A stretch of 32,850 bases of DNA from Octopus bimaculoides (taxonomy: Eukaryota): positions 88,560,179 to 88,593,028 of the forward strand of contig NC_068988.1 of NCBI RefSeq assembly GCF_001194135.2, given 5' to 3'. The notes below the pieces were generated by a model that saw only the letters and a list, made by a program, of their open reading frames with translations, had not been told where the DNA came from and ran no database searches. Made by a program: the position numbers and the translations under genes. How positions within the stretch are numbered: position 1 is the first letter of the stretch; each line of letters opens with the position of its first letter. Shown one piece after another: positions 25,829 to 32,850 of the stretch.

Positions 25829-26530
25829 TTATCTCTCGATCGATCGATTGATCTATCTGTCTATCTGTCTGTCTGTCTATCTGTCTATCTACCTACCTAT
25901 TTCTCTACCTATTTAGTGTGCACGCGCGCATGCAGATGTGCATAAGTTATTTACATTCCTTACTGCTGAGGCAATTAAGACATTTTTCTGAGAATCTACG
26001 TCTTCTCTAAATGCGATGAGACATGTTGGAAGTATTCCATGACAACCTTGTATAGGGTGGACATTCAAAGGAGAATAGGAGAGAGAAGAAGTTGGAGAGG
26101 GAGAGATTGGGAGTCGGAGAATGAGTGGGATAGAGAGAGGGAGAAAAAGAAAGAGGGGTGAGAGAGATGGGGCTATAGACAAAGAGAGAGAGAAAAAGCG
26201 CGTAGCTAGGCTGTCACAAAGTGAAGATGTCGACCTCTAGTAAACGAAAAAACATTATTCACGGAGACCAGTCCAAATACTCCAAAATTCTGCCATTCCT
26301 CTCTCAGTAATCTGAATTGGATTTCATATAAAAATGTGAATTAAGGCTGAACCATAGCTATTGGCACTTAAATGTTGGACTAACAGCCCACGTAAATGTC
26401 GTGGATATGTTGAATGATGGCAGAATATAGATCTTCAAAACAGAAATGATAAAGCAGTACAAAGAATATGAATGGTATTATAAACATCATCACAGCGATT
26501 ACTAATATCATAGTAAATAAATAAGGAACG

Positions 26531-26641
26531 GAGCTGGCAGAGTCATTTGCACCTCACACAAAACGCTTGGTGAGCATTTCTTTCAGTGTCATGAGGTCTG
26601 AATTCAAATATCACCGGGGTTAACTTTGTCTTTCATCCTTT
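26531..26641 (+). mobile_element. SINE family B 5' half, truncated at the duplication junction
   Basis: gagctggcagag...tctgaattcaaat...ggttaactttgtctttcatccttt, running straight into duplication copy 2. Confidence 0.7.
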
Positions 26642-26842
26642 AGTTTTAAACAAAGCGTAATATTAATAACATATAGATGAACAATTATATTTTATAGTAC
26701 AGTACACTGATAGGACCATATCGATAGATATGGTTGTTATTGATAATCATAGAATGCAAATGTGTGTGTGTGTGTGTGTAGAACAGAGTACAGTATAACT
26801 TAACTTATTGTGTCCTTGCATGTTCCGGAAAATGTAAGCTAT
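26638..26842 (+). repeat. Local duplication, copy 2
   Basis: Colinear with 23805-24035, with scattered substitutions and a shorter (TG)n tract. Confidence 0.93.
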
Positions 26843-27073
26843 GAGCTCGATGTAATGGAATTCTTTTACCTCTCAACAGTTTTGTCTTCGCGCCAAATAT
26901 GATTTAAAAAATATCATTGTAATTAGATAAATGAAAAGTTTGCGGAATTATATTGGAAGGCACATTATCAATAAAAGCAGCAAAGTTACAACGATAGTTG
27001 CTCCAAGACTGAATCGCTGTTACCTTGCAACTGCTGCTCTTAACTTCGTAATATAAAATAGGTGTAAGGTGTT

Positions 27074-27278
27074 GAGCCGGCAGAATCGATAGCACGCCAG
27101 GCAAAATGCTTAGCGTCATATATCTTTTCGCTTTGAGTTCAAATGCCACTGACGTCGACCTTTCCTTTTATACTATCGGAGTCGATAGCAGAAGTACCAG
27201 TTGAGTACTGGGAATGATGTAATGGACTTAAATTATTCCCCGAATTTGCTGGCCTAGTGCCAAAATTTGAGACCAATA
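27074..27278 (+). mobile_element. SINE family B, degenerate full length
   Basis: ggcagaatcgatagcacgccaggcaaaatgcttagc...gagttcaaat...gtcgata...agtaccagttgagtactggg...gctggcctagtgcc. Confidence 0.8.
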
Positions 27279-27284
27279 TCAAAT

Positions 27285-27710
27285 AGGCGCAGGCGTTTGC
27301 TCTGTGGTAAGAAGCTTGCTTCCAAACCACATGGTTCCGAGTTCAGTCCCACTCCGTGGCATCTTGAGCAACAATAGCCTCGGGCTGATCAAAGCCTTGT
27401 GAGTCGATTTGGTAGACAGAAACTGAAAGAAGCCCGTTATGTGCATATATGTGTGTGTCTGTGTGTGTGTGAGTGTGTGTATCTTTGTGTCTATTTGTAC
27501 CCCCACCACCGCTTGACAACCGGTTTTGGTGTATTTGTGTCCACATAATCTGACGGTTCTGCAACAGAAACCGATAGTATAAGTACCACTTCTGATAAAA
27601 AAAAAAAATTTAAAAAAAACAGAACCACTGGTGCCGATTTATTCAACTAAAAATTCAAGCAGATGCTCCAGCATTGTCGCAGTCTAGTAACTGAAACAAG
27701 TAAAAGATAA
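27285..27710 (+). mobile_element. SINE family A, near full length
   Basis: Head aggcgcagg...ggtaagaagcttgcttcc.aaccacatggttccgagttcagtcccac; 3' end gctccagcattgtcgcagtc...ctgaaacaagtaaaagat. Confidence 0.85.
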
Positions 27711-28231
27711 ACAATAAAACAGAATGGACAATGGGCTGAATATAATACATTTACAGAGTCACATTGTATCATCTTATACGAGATTGTGCAAATTACTTTC
27801 TCGTCAAGAGAGAGGCAATGCATATCTAAACCAGCAGATCTGTGGTTTATAACCAGTCATTCAACTCTAAACTTTCATATTATAAACCAGTTGAATGAGA
27901 CTTGACGTGAAATTACACAGATACATCTTCACTGTGAGCACACAAAACACAGATTTTGATTTGAATATGATGTCGAAGTGAAGGGGGATGTGAATATGAT
28001 GGCATTGTGTTCAATATTTTATTTGATATTGAATAGAAAACTTACTTGTCGAGACAAAACCGATCTCGAAAACTCAAAGGCGAATGGTGACATAAAATGA
28101 CCAGTTGTGTCAAAAGAAAAGATTAATTAGACCGAAATAGAAAGTTCGTAAATAAACTTCAGCTATTTTCAGAGAAATAAACCATACCACAGCCATTCAT
28201 AGTAAAATAACGTCATATATGTGTGTGAGTG

Positions 28232-28267
<36 letters not shown>

Positions 28268-28384
28268 TGTTAGTGTGCGTGTGTATGTGTTAGTGTGCGC
28301 GGGTAAAAAATTGGATAATTTGTCTGTTCAATTGTATTATGTGTTAAGTCTGTGCTGATCTTCAAACTAACTTCCGACTTTTAT

Positions 28385-28404
28385 CATCATCATCATCATC
28401 ATTA

Positions 28405-28463
<59 letters not shown>

Positions 28464-28580
28464 ATAATAATAATAATAATAACAATAATAACAACAATAA
28501 TAATAACAATAATAACAACAATAATAATAATAATAATAATAACAAAAATAATAATAATAATAATAATAATTATTATTATT
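28385..28580. repeat. Compound trinucleotide array (CAT/TAC/AAT/AAC/TAT)
   Basis: Read directly from the sequence. Confidence 0.95.
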
Positions 28581-28781
28581 ATTTCTTGGGCCCTTGTGGC
28601 CAATAAAAGAAATCGTTATTATTTTTGCAATTATTACTGTTATTATTATCATTATTAGTATATATGTAGGAATGTATTACATGTGTGTACCCATGTATAT
28701 ATGCATACACTTATCTATATATATATCTATACATACATACACGAATACATATATGCATACATACATGCATACATACATACA

Positions 28782-28813
<32 letters not shown>

Positions 28814-28826
28814 CATGTATGTATAT

Positions 28827-28843
28827 NNNNNNNNNNNNNNNNN
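28827..28843. other. Assembly gap (17 N)
   Basis: N run. Confidence 1.
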
Positions 28844-29436
28844 ATATATATGGTGAAGGAACAGAGAAATATTGTCCAGAACAGAACTGAAATATTCCCA
28901 ATTTGCAGGAATGGACACTTAGTGAAGGAATCCTGAAAATAGAAGCAGATCAGTTGATGACAAAAGGGTGGTAAGAACCAATGAAATTAAGGAATCGGCT
29001 TATGAGTTATGTGATATTTACCAGATGTAGGAACCAGAAACTTTAGACTTCAGTTCGTCAAAATGGAAGGAAGAAAGATTGCTTAATAACGAGAGAATTA
29101 AAGGCAAAAGTTCTGAAAAAGTCTAAAGTCTGTCTCTATATATAGCTACCTGCCGCTGGAACTATGTACGAACATGTCGATACGCCAGTGAATCTAATTT
29201 TCTATAGACGTATGTATGCATTTGTATGTGTATATGTATGTAGTCTATTTCTTTTTTTTTACTGTTTCCTTTTTTTTTCTTTATTACTTTTCGTGTTCCA
29301 AAAGTTTCTCATATGGAAGAAGAGCAGGGCAGCTATTCAGAAATAAGTTTCTTTTGCCAAAGCATACAAAACATTACGTGGGATACGTACGAATACATAC
29401 ATACATACATGCATATATACATACACATATATATAT

Positions 29437-29633
29437 ATATATATTTATAAACATAATTAAGGGATCAGCAAATATTTGCTTCACCATATACCGAAGTTCA
29501 GAAATAGCAGCTAAAAAAGATGAGAATCCCACAGATAGCATCACAGATAGCTTTTTTAGCTGCTATTTCTGAACTTCGGTATATGGTGAAGCAAATATTT
29601 GCTGATCCCTTAATTATGTTTATAAATATATAT
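29437..29633. repeat. Perfect 83-bp inverted repeat with a 31-bp spacer (foldback/MITE-like)
   Basis: 29437-29519 is the exact reverse complement of 29551-29633, checked in 10-bp blocks. It sits in (TA)n-rich flanks. Confidence 0.95.
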
Positions 29634-30044
29634 GAGCTTTTAAATAAGTTCTCCACCAATAATGGTGCTTACATACCGATGGGCTTGGTAAAAATTATTA
29701 ATTATTGATTTATTAATGAATTAATAAATTGATAATCCTTTACCCTTTTAATTTGTAATAATTATATAGACATACATATATATATATAAATTAAGAGGTT
29801 TGCTTATTAGCAATCAGAACCTAAAGGTAAAATTAATAGAGGTTACAAAAGTGTCGGAGGTTACCCTTCGTCACTTTTGTGAGCATTCTCTCTCTCTCAC
29901 ACACACGTGTTTGTGTGTGTGTGCGTGTGTGTGCGTGTGTGTGCATGCGTGTACTTTGAGGTAATTGTGTTGCGAGATTCATAATGTGAAAATGTGTGCT
30001 GAAAGAGATATTGTTTTCATCATCATCATCATCATCATTATTTA

Positions 30045-30078
<34 letters not shown>

Positions 30079-30240
30079 TGCTTATTTTTGTATCAAATTT
30101 CTTTCGTCGCGCGTTCTTTGACTTCTTTATGAATTAGTGACTAAGGTGTAGCATTTTACATCCTTTTGATTATGGATTCGCAGCCTTCTTCATCTATCGA
30201 TAATATTAGTGTAGTCTCAAATGTGTTTACGTGTTTGCTC

Positions 30241-30578
30241 TACTCTTTTACTTGTTTCAGTCTTTTGACTACGGCTATGCTGGAGCACCTCCTTAAAGGG
30301 GTTACTCGAAGAAATTGACCCTAGAACTTATTCTTTATAAGCCTAGTACTTATTCTGTCGATATTGCTTGCCCAAACGGTCTAGTTACTGGAACGTAAAC
30401 ACACCAATATCCATTGTCAAGCGATGGTGGGCGATAAACACAGGCACAAAGACTGGTGCACACACCCACACACACCCACACTCACACACACTTGACTAAG
30501 GTGCCACGCAGTAGGACCTCACCCGGAGCCACCTGGTTGAGAAACAAGCTTCTTACCACACAACCACATTTGCATGCC
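30241..30578 (-). mobile_element. SINE family A with an internal deletion
   Basis: The reverse complement gives the head (gtggttgtgtggtaagaagcttg...ctgcgtggcacctt) joined to the (TG)n and 3' half. The segment ttctactatagcc...gaagcccg is absent. Confidence 0.8.
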
Positions 30579-31005
30579 AAGTATAATGCAATAAAATTGT
30601 ATATTCAAAAATTAATGCAGATTTAATCGAGTTTCAGGTCTACTATAGACCCGACGCCATTTGGTAATCGGTGCGCATTCAAAGCCAGTGAGTAGCAATT
30701 GACGAAACCGGTATGACTTTGAATCGCTTTAACAATTCAAAATAATGACTTTTTATTCCCCTTAATATTCTACCTCAATTCATCTAATTGTATATATCTA
30801 TCGTTACTTTTCATTAAAAAGCCCTTATTATTTTTATTACCGATGTACATTTTCGATTTTTTCTGTTTACTTTCCCCATATCACGTGTAATTTATTTTTC
30901 TCTTTGAAACCTATTTCTATTAAAGAGACATACACACACATACACAAACACACAAACACACACACACACACTCATACATACACACACACACACACAAACA
31001 CACAG

Positions 31006-31052
<47 letters not shown>

Positions 31053-31486
31053 TACATTCACATACATATACACACATGCACATACAGACACACACTCACA
31101 CGAACACACATACACATATACATATATATATATATATATATAGTCTGGCTCCACCAGCTGAAGATGACTCATTAGTCTGGCATAGATATTTTCATTTGGT
31201 TTCATCCTTAACGTTATGTTAACAACTAGTGATTTCCACCACTGTGCACAATAACTTCCTCCCGTCCCAGTTAATTATATCTGGTCTGTTACTCTGCATA
31301 TATATACGTATATATGTGTGTGTGCGTTTGTGTGCGTGTGTGTGCGCGTGTGTGTGTGTGCGTGTGTGTACGTAATGTATGTAAATTCCGATGCATGTGA
31401 GTTTCCATGCATGTATGAATTGTATCTATCTACCTATCTATCTGTCTGTTTGTCTCTGTCTGTCTATCTGTCTATCTATCTATCTA

Positions 31487-31567
<81 letters not shown>

Positions 31568-31568
<1 letters not shown>

Positions 31569-31730
31569 ATGCTTAGCAATATTTCCTCCGTCTTCAATTT
31601 CTGAGATGGATTTACTCCATGGCTGACTTTACTCTTCATGTTTCCGGTATTGATAAAATAATTATGAGATGCATACTGGGGTCAATGTAATCGACTTAAC
31701 TCCTCCTCTCAAATTGCTGGCCATGTGCAC
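31568..31730 (+). mobile_element. SINE family B, degenerate and 5'-truncated
   Basis: aatgcttagc...ttctgag...gataaaataa...tactggggtcaatgtaatcgactta...aaattgctggcc. Confidence 0.7.
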
Positions 31731-31807
31731 GCAATTTTGGAGAAGGGCTATGTAGATTACATCGACCATAGTACCTTAAATCATCATCATCATCATCATC
31801 GTCATCG

Positions 31808-32200
31808 GACAGGGAGACAATTATCCTTTGCCTGGTGGCTGTGGCGAAACATGTTGATTGGTGGTCTAGGCTGAAAGGCATAATTGTAGATACATTCCTC
31901 TTTGGTAGAGCTCAACATTGACTTCTTCAAGCTTCACTTGAAGAGGAAATTGAGAGTAGAGAGGAAAGATCTGTCCATGAGTGAGTTGAATGAAAGGTGA
32001 GAGAAAGTTACAAAAATGGCTACAGTGGATGGTACCTCTCTAAGTGCAGACCTGTGATTCAGAGAGAAGGAATTGGAGAGGGAACTTGATCCTAGGATGT
32101 CAGGGAAATCTCGGTTAGTGGCGTTCCTCGATTATCTCTCGGGACCATCCTGTATCAGGAGGGCCACATCTCTATCATTCTCTCCGACCCTTTTTTTTTT
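31808..32200 (+). mobile_element. Tx1/L1-like LINE ORF2 C-terminus and 3' UTR
   Basis: DRETIILCLVAVAKHVDWWSRLKG, then after a frameshift IDFFKLHLKRKLRVERKDLSMSELNER*EKV...ADL* (TGA 32055-57). This matches the Tx1 C-terminal pattern (A.AK..IW..R...F...LK.R.R.E...F..RW). Confidence 0.65.
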
Positions 32201-32235
32201 TCACATTTCCATGCTATGCATATTATTATTATTAT

Positions 32236-32600
32236 TGAGTGAGAGAGAAGTGCATGCCATGAAAGTCACATCGGGGTAAAATATACGAAGCCCAGTGTAC
32301 CCATCATGCCTACGTGTCTAATAAGGGTACACCAGGTACGTGTATCACAACTATATGAGCATCACAACCATATCAAGGGAAGCAGAGCATAAGCTTGCAA
32401 GTGGGTTCCAATTAGAATTTTCTTCACGCTGAGTAGCCCATCCCGCTCAAATACTACTTCAATAAGGGTTGTTTAAGGATGTTGAACGAAACACCTTGGC
32501 TTACAGATGACAACTATTCAAACTCCAATGAATTCCTCTCAACACATGGCTATGATGCGTCACCACTACTTCTGCTAATGATTAGAGATGCACATATCGT
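32236..32600 (-). mobile_element. Family X retroelement segment, 5'-truncated, tail at 32221-32235
   Basis: Reverse complement of about 13315-13663 (tgagtgagagag.agtgcatgccat.aaagt.ac...ggggtaaaatatacgaagc...). Confidence 0.8.
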
Positions 32601-32660
32601 CGTCGTCGTCGTCATCATCATCATCATCATCGTCATTATTATTATTATTATTATTATTAT

Positions 32661-32850
32661 TTTATGTTTGACTTTTGTTTTGCATTTGTACAAGTTGGAT
32701 CCAAGTCTCACCCAGAGACCTCAAGAGACAACAAGTTAGAAGTTCATGTAGGTGTTATGCCTAGGGTACCATATATTTGGATTTGTACAGTTTTGTTCAA
32801 GTGAATGTTTAAGAAACCATAAGAAAATTATGTTTGCTTTAAAATTTGAG
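32661..32850 (-). mobile_element. 3' UTR of a second (AAT)n-tailed retroelement (family Y, possibly R4/Dong-like), running off the window
   Basis: The minus strand ends ...gaggtctctgggtgagacttggatcc...gtcaaacataa followed by (AAT)n. The clade is inferred from the tail and target context only. Confidence 0.5.

Noticed and set aside
25975-26070. Possible CR1 remnant on the minus strand (STLYKVVMEYFQHVSSHLEK)
   Set aside because: Too short and gapped to distinguish from chance.
28844-29130. Purine-rich stretch with a faint RTE-like C-terminal pattern
   Set aside because: Motifs are not consistent across frames.

Overview
This is AT-rich eukaryotic genomic DNA dense in microsatellites and decayed transposons, with three N gaps. 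The tRNA-derived SINE families and the repeat landscape look like an Octopus (coleoid cephalopod) genome; this is an inference from recalled repeat families and was not searched. I found no protein-coding gene I can support. Almost all ORFs in the supplied track are translations of microsatellites or transposon fragments, so the window is best read as intergenic or as the inside of a large intron. Recognisable elements: three tRNA-SINE families in about 10 copies or fragments; three Tc1/mariner relics; CR1-like, Tx1/L1-like, RTE-like and Penelope retroelement fragments; two retroelement 3' ends tied to (TAA)n tracts; and Helitron/Helentron-like pieces. The most unusual structures are a perfect 83-bp inverted repeat (29437-29633), a Penelope fragment with a 5' inversion, a small TIR element carrying TTAGGG-like repeats, a local duplication of about 0.2 kb fused to a half-SINE, and a weakly GPCR-like reading frame with one stop. 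I cannot claim a new biological system from the sequence alone.
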